Origin: Alphaproteobacteria bacterium
GTDB lineage: Bacteria > Pseudomonadota > Alphaproteobacteria > UBA8366
Reading direction: 5' to 3'
NCBI GenBank assembly: GCA_965228695.1
Contig: CBDDIB010000002.1
Coordinates: forward strand, 304,192-368,191
Length of the DNA stretch: 64,000 nucleotides
The notes beneath the pieces are model-generated. The model worked only from the letters and a program-made list of their open reading frames with translations, did not search any database and had not been told where the DNA came from. This document shows positions 26,319-34,974 of this stretch, in pieces. Numbering within the stretch: the stretch's first letter is position 1; every line of letters starts with the position of its first letter. Both the position numbers and the translations under genes were made by a program.

Positions 26319-27914
26319 TCAACGGCAGGTCCCGGCGCCCGAGGGAATTAGGATATACGCGAGGCGAACCTGTCGCGTACCGCTCGGCGGCATGACGGCG
26401 GAGACATATCCGACGGCGTGGCCTTCGAGAGACGTGATGCCGAACAGGAGCCGAGCACTGCGGCGCATGATCGATTCACGATCATTCCCGCCGGCGGTCC
26501 AAACCAGGAGACACTGGCCGTCCGGGAGGGTAGGTCGCGGGATCCAGGGGGAGCCAGCCGGCGTTTCCCCCAGTTTATGGTTCCAATCTCGGAGATCGAC
26601 GAGCGTGGACTCGGGAAAAAAAGGCCGGAGATTGCCTGCGATCGAATAAGTGAACCAGTCGCCGAGGATCGTGCCCCGATCGAAACCGGCAGCCCGCAGT
26701 CCGTCGGCAAGCGCCGGGTACGGCACATTGTGGCGCGCCTTGCTGCGGCGTTCCGGATCCATGAAATACTTGCCAACCGCCGCGCCGATGACAATGACGG
26801 CAAGGATCATCAGGGTGCCGGCATAGAGATTCAACGATCGCTCCGTGGCCCCCGCGGCCTGCACCCTGGCAAAGAAAAATATCGGAAACAGGATGAGGAC
26901 GAACATGTAATGAATCTTTACGCGCGGCACGCTCAAGAGCCCTACGGCGAGAATCACCAGCACGATGAGCGACAGCAGGGTGAGCCCGAGCACACGCCGA
27001 TATCGGGCCGACGGCGCCGGGCCGCTACCCGGTCTCCAGAAGGCGCGGGGAAATAGGACGGCAAGAATGAGGAGACACGGCAATAGGAAATGCAACACGG
27101 CAAGCGGCGCGTCGATCAGGCCGCGGGTCCAGGACGCGTATCCGGACGCGACGTAATCGAGGGCGAAACGCTCATCGAGGAGATTGGAAAACCCGGTCGG
27201 ATCTCGCTCGATCCACTGCAGGAACCATAGGTAGTGCGGCGCGGCGAGGAGACCCGCGAGCGCGACGGTGAGCAGAATCCGCCGGTCGATTAGGCGCCGC
27301 CGGAGATATTCATCCGTGCAAGCGGCCGCGAAGAACACGACGGCAAACAGCGCGTAGTTGTACTTCGACAAAAGACCGAGACCGCAGGCGGTCCCAAGGA
27401 AAGCGTAGTCCCGCAACCGGCTGCCATCCTCCAACCGGAGCAGTGCGAAGAATGTTAGGGCAACGCTGAAAGCCAGGGCCGCCGTGTGGGTCAGATGGAA
27501 GATCGTCACCCAGACGATATGATACATCGCCAACGGCGAAAGCGCGGCCAGGGCCGCAAGCCGTTCATCGTCCAAAACGCGGCGCGCGCCGAGGAACAAC
27601 AACCAATACGCACCGCCCAACAAACTGAACTTCACCAAAACCACCGAGGCGACAACGGGTCCCGTTGCGACCTGAACGAGCTTTACCAGCCATGTGAACA
27701 GCGGTGGATTGCGACCGTCGTATCCCCAGGCCCAACGCTGCGTATGAACGAGCGTTTCGCTGTCATCCGCTTCCGTTCCCGGGAAAACGAAGGAGCGCAA
27801 CGCCCATACGATTGCGAGAAAGACGCATGACGTCACCGCGACACCGCGTCCGGAGAGAACGAAGCCGCCAATCAGCTGCGCAAACCGGTCAAGGCTCGCC
27901 GGAAACTTCAACAT
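26319..27914 (-). CDS. ArnT-like glycosyltransferase family 39 membrane protein (paralog B)
   Basis: About 530 aa. Equivalent motif EADDSETLVHTQRWAWGYDGRNPPLFTWL. The C-terminal soluble domain shares GYVSAVM...R.RL..I with paralog A. Start taken at ATG 27914. Confidence 0.75.
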   Translation of the reverse strand: MLKFPASLDRFAQLIGGFVLSGRGVAVTSCVFLAIVWALRSFVFPGTEADDSETLVHTQRWAWGYDGRNPPLFTWLVKLVQVATGPVVASVVLVKFSLLGGAYWLLFLGARRVLDDERLAALAALSPLAMYHIVWVTIFHLTHTAALAFSVALTFFALLRLEDGSRLRDYAFLGTACGLGLLSKYNYALFAVVFFAAACTDEYLRRRLIDRRILLTVALAGLLAAPHYLWFLQWIERDPTGFSNLLDERFALDYVASGYASWTRGLIDAPLAVLHFLLPCLLILAVLFPRAFWRPGSGPAPSARYRRVLGLTLLSLIVLVILAVGLLSVPRVKIHYMFVLILFPIFFFARVQAAGATERSLNLYAGTLMILAVIVIGAAVGKYFMDPERRSKARHNVPYPALADGLRAAGFDRGTILGDWFTYSIAGNLRPFFPESTLVDLRDWNHKLGETPAGSPWIPRPTLPDGQCLLVWTAGGNDRESIMRRSARLLFGITSLEGHAVGYVSAVMPPSGTRQVRLAYILIPSGAGTCR

Positions 27915-28114
27915 GCCACCCCGACATATTGCGTAGCGACGGCAGAGGCTAACCGGTCGCACCGGTCGATGTTACCCGAACCGCCCGCCCGCCAATCTTA
28001 TGCGTCAGACCAATGCGGCACCCACTCCGCAGGCCGTCCGGTCCGTCATACACGCATAATCGATTGTCAGGGAACCCTAATATTCGGCGCCGCATCGACG
28101 CGCCCATGGGTCGG

Positions 28115-28735
28115 CTAGCGCTTTTTCCGGGATTTCTTGCGGGATTTACCGTCGGACGCCCATAGGCCCCGCCGCGACTCCCGGGCATCGGTTTCGTCCA
28201 CTTGGTACCGGTCGGTCTGCGACAACACCACCTTCGCCCAGCCGGACCGGACGAGCGCCTCGTTGAGATCCGTCTCGCCGATGTAACAGGTCGCATATTT
28301 CACGGCCGGGCCGGCAGATGCCGCGGGCACAGCCGTCGAGGCGGCCGTCGGCTTTTCGTCCGGCTTGGCTGTGTCGCCCGCGGCGGGTTTGCCGGCCGGG
28401 ACCTTCTCGATGTCGCAGGAAAGGTATTGACCGTCCGCCAACTTGATGAGTTCGGACCACGCCACGATCCCGCAGCGCATCTTGACGTCGCCAATCTTGC
28501 AGACGTCCTCGAGGCCGGGCGCCGCCATGCCGAACAGCCGCACCGTACGCTTGCCCACCGTGATCTGATTTCCGGTAATCACCTTTGCAGTGCCGCGAAT
28601 TTCCTGCGCGATGCTCGGCACCGGAAGGGTAAGACAAATGACCATGAACCCGGCGAGGGCCGGCGACAGTGAACGACGCGTTGGACGCGGTCCGTGCGAT
28701 ACCACGGCAACCCCCTTTCCCGGCGTGGAATCCAT
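28115..28735 (-). CDS. secreted SNase (thermonuclease)-fold protein with degenerate catalytic motifs
   Basis: Signal-like N-terminus, then VITGNQITVGKRTVRLFGMAAPG...NEALVRSGWAKV...RESRRGLWA. This follows the SNase topology, but the D-x-P-E and DGDT positions are replaced. Has a P/A/K-rich insert. Confidence 0.55.
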   Translation of the reverse strand: MDSTPGKGVAVVSHGPRPTRRSLSPALAGFMVICLTLPVPSIAQEIRGTAKVITGNQITVGKRTVRLFGMAAPGLEDVCKIGDVKMRCGIVAWSELIKLADGQYLSCDIEKVPAGKPAAGDTAKPDEKPTAASTAVPAASAGPAVKYATCYIGETDLNEALVRSGWAKVVLSQTDRYQVDETDARESRRGLWASDGKSRKKSRKKR

Positions 28736-29075
28736 TCAAGCCCACATTCGTCTGCGCGGCCGACTCCCTGCCATCCGCCGCATCCTATCGATGCCGAACC
28801 GATAATGACGACGCGAAGCGGCCAACCGTTAAAACTTGAAGGTTTCTTCCTACGGCGAATGCGTTAAGGAATGGTAGCCATCGGGCCGGTCGATTCGCGT
28901 TCGCCGCAATAGAATACCCGGCTTGAAACCGCAAATGTAGTTGTGCCGCAACCGATTCAACTCAAACGAAGGGAAAAGGCCCACTACGCCGCTCCGCACC
29001 GTTACCGTTTCAAATTCCAAATGAATGAGCTAACATCCGCCCCGACTTGATGAAATTAACTTTTGGGGGGGTCAA

Positions 29076-29492
29076 ATGAGACACCAAATCATCGTTTTGG
29101 GCGCGGCGTTGACGCTGGGACTTGCCGGATGCGAATCGGCCGGGGACGGCGGCGACAAGATGGCCGCGAAGGGTGCGCCGCTCGACGCCGCAGGACTGGC
29201 AAAGGAGTTCAAGAAGGGCAGCAAGAGATGCACTTGGACGAAGCCCGACGGCAGTAAAGGCGAGGACTTCTATTTCAAGACCGCAGGGCCGTATTCCGGT
29301 GACGCGGACCGCAACATCGGCGACAAAACGATGCAAGGCCGGTGGAAGATCGTCGGCCAGGGCTTCTATACCAACTTCGGCAAGGGCAAGAAGGCGCTCG
29401 GCGACTGGCATCGGGTCCACAAGATCCAGAAAAACACCTACGAGCTGATCAAGAGCGACGGCACCAAAGCCATGACCATGAAGTGCTCGTAA
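29076..29492 (+). CDS. small lipoprotein, function unknown
   Basis: GGGGGGG SD. MRHQIIVLGAALTLGLAGC lipobox. 138 aa, followed by a clean terminator. Confidence 0.65.
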   Translation: MRHQIIVLGAALTLGLAGCESAGDGGDKMAAKGAPLDAAGLAKEFKKGSKRCTWTKPDGSKGEDFYFKTAGPYSGDADRNIGDKTMQGRWKIVGQGFYTNFGKGKKALGDWHRVHKIQKNTYELIKSDGTKAMTMKCS

Positions 29493-29561
29493 CGGGCACA
29501 TTTCGCATAACCGGGTCTGTGACACGGCCGGGCCGTTGCACGGTTTCAGAACGGCATGAAG

Positions 29562-29590
29562 AGAGGCGGACCCCATGGTCCGCCTCTTTC
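29562..29590 (+). terminator. rho-independent terminator
   Basis: AGAGGCGGACC (29562..29572), loop CCAT, GGTCCGCCTCT (29577..29587), then TTC GTCT. 11-bp perfect stem. Confidence 0.7.
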
Positions 29591-29623
29591 GTCTCAATAC
29601 CCCGCTGCCGGGTCCGCCCCGCG

Positions 29624-30721
29624 TCAGCCGATCAAGGTTCCGACCCGCGTCAGGCTCGCCGGCTGGGCTGCACCGTATTTTTCGCAGAATGGCGCGACCA
29701 ACGCCGTGACGGCCGACCGCCCCAAGGAATCCATCAAAGCGCAGGGCGGCTTGCCAAATTTCAAGGCCGCCTCGGCACCCATATCGATCGCATCGGGCTC
29801 GGCAACCTCCTCGTCCAACTGCTGTAGAACCGGAAGGAACGCGGCCCCCAGCAAGCGGTCGCCGATCGCCTTGTCGCGGGATGCCTCCGGCGGCGACGGA
29901 TCGCCGATTTCCCAAGATCCGCCCTCGGATCCGACCCGGACCACCGATTCCGCCGGCTTGTAGAAATCGCCGAGCGGCATCAGGTTTTCCTGCGCATGCA
30001 GCAGAACCTGCGACCCAACGAGATTGCTCACCACGAAGGGACCGGCCGCGGCGCCGAAGACGTCGCTCGCCACCCGATCGATCTCGAACGGGCTTCCCAT
30101 CCCTTCGTCATGCAGGCGCATCGCCTCGTTCACGTAGGGGCAGAAGAAACGGTTGAGCGCAAAGCCATAGCTGTCGCGGCAGGCCACGGTCTTCTTGCCG
30201 GTCGCCTCGCAGAAGGCAAGTGCCGTCGCAATAACCGATTGGCTGGTTTTTTCGCCGCGTACCACCTCGACGATGGGATTGACCGCCGGCGGATTGAAAT
30301 AATGCATGCCGAGGAATCGGCCCGGACTGTCTACTTCCTTGGCCAGCTCGGTAACCCGCAGACAGCTCGTGTTCGTCGCCAGCAACGTTTCCTTGGACAG
30401 GATCGGCATAAGGCGCTTGTACAGGTCGGCCTTCACATCAAAGCGCTCGAAGATCGCCTCGATCACCAAATCGCACGCCGCGAGGTCGGCGATATCGGTG
30501 CTGCCCTTCATGCGGGCCCGGGCCGATTTGGCATCCGGCGCCTGCATCCGCCCGCGCTGTACCTTGCGGTCGAAATACGCGGCCGCTTTGCCGAGCGCGG
30601 CATCGACCTGTTCCTTTGTCGTATCGACAAGTCGCACATCGAACGCGTTTTCCGCGACATTCATCGCGATTCCCGAGCCCATGGTCCCGGCCCCCACAAT
30701 GCCGACGGTCTTTAAACTCAT
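29624..30721 (-). CDS. 3-hydroxyacyl-CoA dehydrogenase family protein
   Basis: MSLKTVGIVGAGTMGSGIA (Rossmann), ...LATNTSCL..., GMHYFNPP, then a C-terminal helical domain. 365 aa. Confidence 0.85.
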   Translation of the reverse strand: MSLKTVGIVGAGTMGSGIAMNVAENAFDVRLVDTTKEQVDAALGKAAAYFDRKVQRGRMQAPDAKSARARMKGSTDIADLAACDLVIEAIFERFDVKADLYKRLMPILSKETLLATNTSCLRVTELAKEVDSPGRFLGMHYFNPPAVNPIVEVVRGEKTSQSVIATALAFCEATGKKTVACRDSYGFALNRFFCPYVNEAMRLHDEGMGSPFEIDRVASDVFGAAAGPFVVSNLVGSQVLLHAQENLMPLGDFYKPAESVVRVGSEGGSWEIGDPSPPEASRDKAIGDRLLGAAFLPVLQQLDEEVAEPDAIDMGAEAALKFGKPPCALMDSLGRSAVTALVAPFCEKYGAAQPASLTRVGTLIG

Positions 30722-31025
30722 TCGATGATCCTGTTCTGCCTGTTTCGAAGCGCCGCATGCTAGCGGTCGCGTTCGCTCGCTTCAATGGTAGGGGACGTGA
30801 CATTTTCGCTCATGCGATGAGAACGAAAGCGGAATATGATACCGTCGGTCTCCCCGGAGACGCCGACACCAGGACCGGACGTGCCGCAAGGATAACCTTT
30901 GCACATGGCCGAAAATCGGCTAACCCTCTTGCAACGAATTAGAGAGTTTCTTAAATCGTAGCACGTTACCGGCTAACCGGGCCGTTGCCCGGTGGCGTCG
31001 CACGCAATAGTTACGAGGCAGCACC

Positions 31026-31955
31026 ATGATCGAAATCGATCATCTAACAAAGGCATTCGGAGCTATCAAGGCGGTCGACGATGTCAGTTTCAAGGTCGCC
31101 AAGGGCGAGGTTCTGGGATTCCTGGGCCCCAATGGGGCCGGCAAGTCGACGACCATGAAAATGATCACCGGCTTCCTACCGCCCAGCGGCGGGACGGCCA
31201 CGGTCGCGGGCTTCGACGTTCGGCGGAACCCGATCGAGGTGAAGAAACGGGTCGGCTACCTGCCCGAGGGCGTGCCCCTGTGGCCGGACATGACGCCCCG
31301 CGCCTTTTTCGAATTCATCGCCCGGGTCCGCGGCTTCACCGGCGAAGAAGCGGTCAAACGCACCGACCTCGCGGTCAAGAAGACGCAACTCGCCGATGTG
31401 CTGGATCAGCCGATCGAAACGCTCTCCAAGGGCTTCAAGCGGCGGGTCGGTCTGGCGCAGGCGCTCTTGCACGATCCGGAAGTCCTGATTTTGGACGAAC
31501 CGACCGACGGACTGGACCCGAACCAGAAACACGAGGTGCGCGAACTGATCCGCGATATGGCGGGCGAGAAGGCGATCATCATCTCGACCCATATCCTGGA
31601 GGAGGTCGAGGCCGTGTGCAGCCGGGCCATCATTATCGCGCACGGCAAGATCGTCGCCGACGACACGCCGTCCGCGCTCGCCGCCCGGTCCGACCGCCAC
31701 AACGGCGTGACGCTCGCCACCAGCGCACCGGCGACGGTCCGCCCCGCCCTCGAGGCGTTGCCCGATGTCGCCGCGGTGGTCGACGCGCCGGACGGACTGC
31801 TTTTCGCCCGCGCCCGGGACGGCAAGTCCATCATCTCGCAGGTCAGTGCCGCGCTCCGCGGGATCGATGCCGAGATCGACCAGATCAGCGTCGAACGGGG
31901 GCGGCTCGACGAAGTCTTCCGGCAAATCACCAACACGCCATCCAGCCATGCATAA
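31026..31955 (+). CDS. ABC-2 type transporter ATP-binding protein (GldA-like)
   Basis: Walker A GPNGAGKSTT, signature LSKGFKRRVGLAQAL, Walker B ILILDEP. Its stop overlaps the permease start (ATGCATAA). Confidence 0.9.
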   Translation: MIEIDHLTKAFGAIKAVDDVSFKVAKGEVLGFLGPNGAGKSTTMKMITGFLPPSGGTATVAGFDVRRNPIEVKKRVGYLPEGVPLWPDMTPRAFFEFIARVRGFTGEEAVKRTDLAVKKTQLADVLDQPIETLSKGFKRRVGLAQALLHDPEVLILDEPTDGLDPNQKHEVRELIRDMAGEKAIIISTHILEEVEAVCSRAIIIAHGKIVADDTPSALAARSDRHNGVTLATSAPATVRPALEALPDVAAVVDAPDGLLFARARDGKSIISQVSAALRGIDAEIDQISVERGRLDEVFRQITNTPSSHA

Positions 31956-32682
31956 CGTCATCACGATTTTCCGCCGCGAGATGTCGAGCTACTTTGCGAC
32001 GCCCGTGGCCTATGTCTTCATCGTCATCTATCTGGTGCTCACCGGGCTGCTGACCTTCCATATCGGCAACATCCTGGACCGCAACCAGGCCGACCTCACG
32101 GCCTTTTTCACGTTTCATCCGTGGCTCTATTTGTTCCTCATTCCGGCCTTGTCGATGCGGCTCTGGGCCGAGGAACGGCGCACCGGCACGATCGAGCTAT
32201 CGATGACCCTGCCGATTTCGCAGGGCCAGGCCGTGATCGGCAAGTTCCTCGCCGCCTGGTGCTTCACCGGGATCGCGCTGGCGCTGACCTTCCCGGTTTG
32301 GCTGACGATCAACTATCTCGGCGAGCCGGACAACGGCGCCATCCTGGCAGGGTATGTCGGCAGCTGGCTGCTGGCGGGTAGTTTCCTGGCCATCGGGTCG
32401 TTCATCTCCGCGTTGACCAAGAACCAGGTGATCGCCTTCGTCGTCGCCGCCGCAATTTGTTTCGTGCTTGTCGCGATGGGGTCGACCATCTTCCTCGATT
32501 TCCTGAACGAGTGGTTCGGCAGCAGCGCGGTCGAGTTCTTCCGCTCGCTCAGCGTGGTGATTCACTTCACCGAGATATCCAAGGGCGTCGTGGATCTCCG
32601 CGATATCGTCTATTTCGGCAGCCTGATCGTGCTGTTTCTGTTTCTCAACGTCGTCGCCATCGACCGCCTGAAGGCGTCGTGA
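31948..32682 (+). CDS. ABC-2 type transporter permease (GldF-like)
   Basis: From ATG 31948: MHNVITIFRREMSSYFATPVAYVFIV... 6 TM, ...EERRTGTIELSMTLPIS motif typical of this family. Confidence 0.75.
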   Translation: MHNVITIFRREMSSYFATPVAYVFIVIYLVLTGLLTFHIGNILDRNQADLTAFFTFHPWLYLFLIPALSMRLWAEERRTGTIELSMTLPISQGQAVIGKFLAAWCFTGIALALTFPVWLTINYLGEPDNGAILAGYVGSWLLAGSFLAIGSFISALTKNQVIAFVVAAAICFVLVAMGSTIFLDFLNEWFGSSAVEFFRSLSVVIHFTEISKGVVDLRDIVYFGSLIVLFLFLNVVAIDRLKAS

Positions 32683-32696
32683 GGAAGGGTTAGAAA

Positions 32697-34904
32697 ATGT
32701 TTCGATGGATCATGGATCGTAAGGGCGGCTGGATCGCGCTCGGCGTTATCGCCGTCGTGCTTTTCTTCGCAGCCAATGCATCGGTGACCAATGTCGCCGG
32801 GATGCGGATCGACCTGACTGAAGACCGGCTCTACACACTGTCGCCCGGCACGCGAAGTATTCTCGGCAAGCTGGAGAAACCTGTTTCGCTGACGCTGTAT
32901 TATTCCGACGCGCTCGGACTGACCGCGCCCGTCTACGGCAACTACGCCAGCCGCGTGAAAGACATGCTCAGTGTGTTCGAGAGCGCCGGCGCCGGCAACG
33001 TGACGCTGGAGATCAAGGAACCGAAACCGTTTTCCGAGGTCGAGGACAAGGCCGTCGAACTCGGCATGCAGGGCGTGCCGCTCGATCAAACCGGCGAGAA
33101 GGTCTATTTCGGCCTCGTCGCCGAAGCGGACGGCAAACAGCGCAGCATTCCGTTCATGCAGATCGAACGGGAGAACTTCCTCGAATACGACATTGCCAGC
33201 CTGATCTACCGCCTCGGCACCGGCGGCAAGACGGTGGTCGCGGTCTTCACCGACCGGCCGCTGTTCGGCGACCTGCAGATGCAGATGCGCGGCATTCCGA
33301 CCCAACCCTATTCCGTGATCCAGCAGATGCAGGATCAATTCGACGTGCGCCAGATTTTCTCGCTCGCGGATATCTGGAAAGAGAAGCCGGATGTCCTGAT
33401 GTTGGTCCACCCCGGCGACCTCGACGACGAGGACTACTACAACCTCGACCAGTACATGCTGCGCGGCGGCAAGGCGCTTATCTTCATCGATCCGTTCAAC
33501 GAATCGGCCGCTGCGCGCCAACGCGGAATCCCGCAGAGCATCGCATCGGACCTGAAACGGCTGCTCGATCACTGGGGCATCAAGACGGTCGAGGATCGCG
33601 TCGCCGGGGACCGGCGCTTCGCCCCGATGGTCAACGCCGGGAACCAGCAACAGGTCATTCCCGCGCCGTTCCTGACCTGGCTGAACGTAAAGCGCGAGGG
33701 CTTGTCCGAAACCGACGCGGTGACGTCGAACATCAATCAACTGAACATCCGGAGCGCCGGAATTCTGCAAAGCAAAAACGACGCGGCGCTGCGCTTCGAG
33801 CCACTGGTCACGACAACGCAGGAAAGCCAGCGAGTAGACATCAAGTTTTTGCAGCAAGCCCGTCCGGAAATTCTCAAGATCATCGAATCCTTCAAGCCAT
33901 CGGGTGAGAAGCTCGTGGTCGCCGCCCGCCTCAGCGGCAAGGCGCCGACCCTGTTCCCGGACGGCCCGCCGAAGAAGAAGGAAGCGGAGAAGTCCGACGC
34001 CAGCGGCACCGAGGCCGACAAGAAAACGGAGTCGGCGACGGAAAAACCGACGGACGATGCCGGCAAGACGGGCGCCGATTCGGCAAAGCCCGACGCGACC
34101 CCGGCGAACCCGGCCGTGAAGGCTGACCGGGCGGAGCGCGATATCGCCCAGGCGGCGCCGAACACCGAGCAACCGGCTAAGGCCGATACGCCGGCCGCCG
34201 CGGAACAGCCTGCCGGCGACAAGCCCGCCGGCGCCGGGAAAGCCGACACCAAGGACGCGGCAAAGAAGGAAGACGAAAAGAAGGAGCCGGAAACGCCCAA
34301 GGCGCCGCCCTTCATCGCCGAGGCGACCGGCCCGATGAACGTGATCCTGGTCGCGGATGCGGACATGCTGGAGGACCGGTTCTGGGTTCAGAACCGTGAA
34401 TTCTTCGGCCAGCGCGTCCGCCTGCCGTTCGCGAACAATGCGGATTTCGTGGTCAATGCGATCGAGAATCTCGCCGGCGGCGACGACCTGATCAGCTTGC
34501 GCAGCCGTGGAACGGCGCAACGCCCCTTCACGAAGATTCAGGAATTGCAACTCGCCGCGGAACAGAAATTCCGCGCCGAAGAACGCGAGCTGCAGAAAAA
34601 GCTCGAGGATGCGGAAAAGAAACTGGCAGAGCTTCAGAAGAAGAAGGCCGAAGGCGCATCCGAGGCCACCGTCGATAAGGCGGTCGAGGCGACGGCCGAG
34701 AAGTTTACGCAGGAAATCCTCGCAACCCGTAAGGAATTGCGCCGCGTCCAATTGGCGCTGCGCGAGGACATCGAGTCCCTGGAAACATGGCTGCGCTTCA
34801 TCAACATCGGCTTGATCCCGATCCTGGTGGGTGTCGTGGCGGTAGGGCTTGGAACGGCCCGGCATCGCCGGCGGCGGCGGGGAATGCAAGCGCCCGAAGG
34901 CTAG
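32697..34904 (+). CDS. GldG-like ABC transporter auxiliary protein with long low-complexity insert
   Basis: 735 aa with N- and C-terminal TM anchors and GldG-type domains either side. A ~115-aa K/E/A/P/D-rich insert is encoded at about 33966..34310. A coiled-coil segment lies near the C-terminus. Confidence 0.7.
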   Translation: MFRWIMDRKGGWIALGVIAVVLFFAANASVTNVAGMRIDLTEDRLYTLSPGTRSILGKLEKPVSLTLYYSDALGLTAPVYGNYASRVKDMLSVFESAGAGNVTLEIKEPKPFSEVEDKAVELGMQGVPLDQTGEKVYFGLVAEADGKQRSIPFMQIERENFLEYDIASLIYRLGTGGKTVVAVFTDRPLFGDLQMQMRGIPTQPYSVIQQMQDQFDVRQIFSLADIWKEKPDVLMLVHPGDLDDEDYYNLDQYMLRGGKALIFIDPFNESAAARQRGIPQSIASDLKRLLDHWGIKTVEDRVAGDRRFAPMVNAGNQQQVIPAPFLTWLNVKREGLSETDAVTSNINQLNIRSAGILQSKNDAALRFEPLVTTTQESQRVDIKFLQQARPEILKIIESFKPSGEKLVVAARLSGKAPTLFPDGPPKKKEAEKSDASGTEADKKTESATEKPTDDAGKTGADSAKPDATPANPAVKADRAERDIAQAAPNTEQPAKADTPAAAEQPAGDKPAGAGKADTKDAAKKEDEKKEPETPKAPPFIAEATGPMNVILVADADMLEDRFWVQNREFFGQRVRLPFANNADFVVNAIENLAGGDDLISLRSRGTAQRPFTKIQELQLAAEQKFRAEERELQKKLEDAEKKLAELQKKKAEGASEATVDKAVEATAEKFTQEILATRKELRRVQLALREDIESLETWLRFINIGLIPILVGVVAVGLGTARHRRRRRGMQAPEG

Positions 34905-34974
34905 CGTGGCGCGGCCGAACCGGCGGCGCTAAGATGCGGTCCGACGCGTTGCCGCCAGCACGGAGACAGGATCG

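Noticed and set aside
28146-28745. 199-aa ORF overlapping the SNase-fold gene in another frame.
   Set aside because: Its R/G-rich translation has no motifs, whereas the 28115..28735 frame carries a signal peptide and SNase-like segments.
7681-30800. A classical integrative genomic island at tRNA-Arg.
   Set aside because: No integrase, excisionase or transposase ORF and no direct repeat of the tRNA 3' end were found by eye. It is kept only as a low-confidence 'eroded island' observation.
30917-30993. Direct repeat CGGCTAACC (30917..30925 and 30970..30978) and hairpin ACCGGGC-CGTT-GCCCGGT (30976..30993) upstream of the GldA-like ABC gene.
   Set aside because: These are short elements that could arise by chance in GC-rich DNA, and there is no supporting context. 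They are noted but not called as a regulatory feature.
32610-34889. Very long antisense or alternative-frame ORFs. Examples: 759 aa at 32610..34889 (-), 445 aa at 16353..17690 (-), 596 aa at 12459..14249 (-), 380 aa at 6115..7257 (+), 406 aa at 45098..46318 (-).
   Set aside because: All lie opposite or out of frame to genes with clear family motifs. Their translations are R/G/A/P/H-rich low complexity with no recognisable domains. This is the usual open-frame artefact of high-GC DNA.
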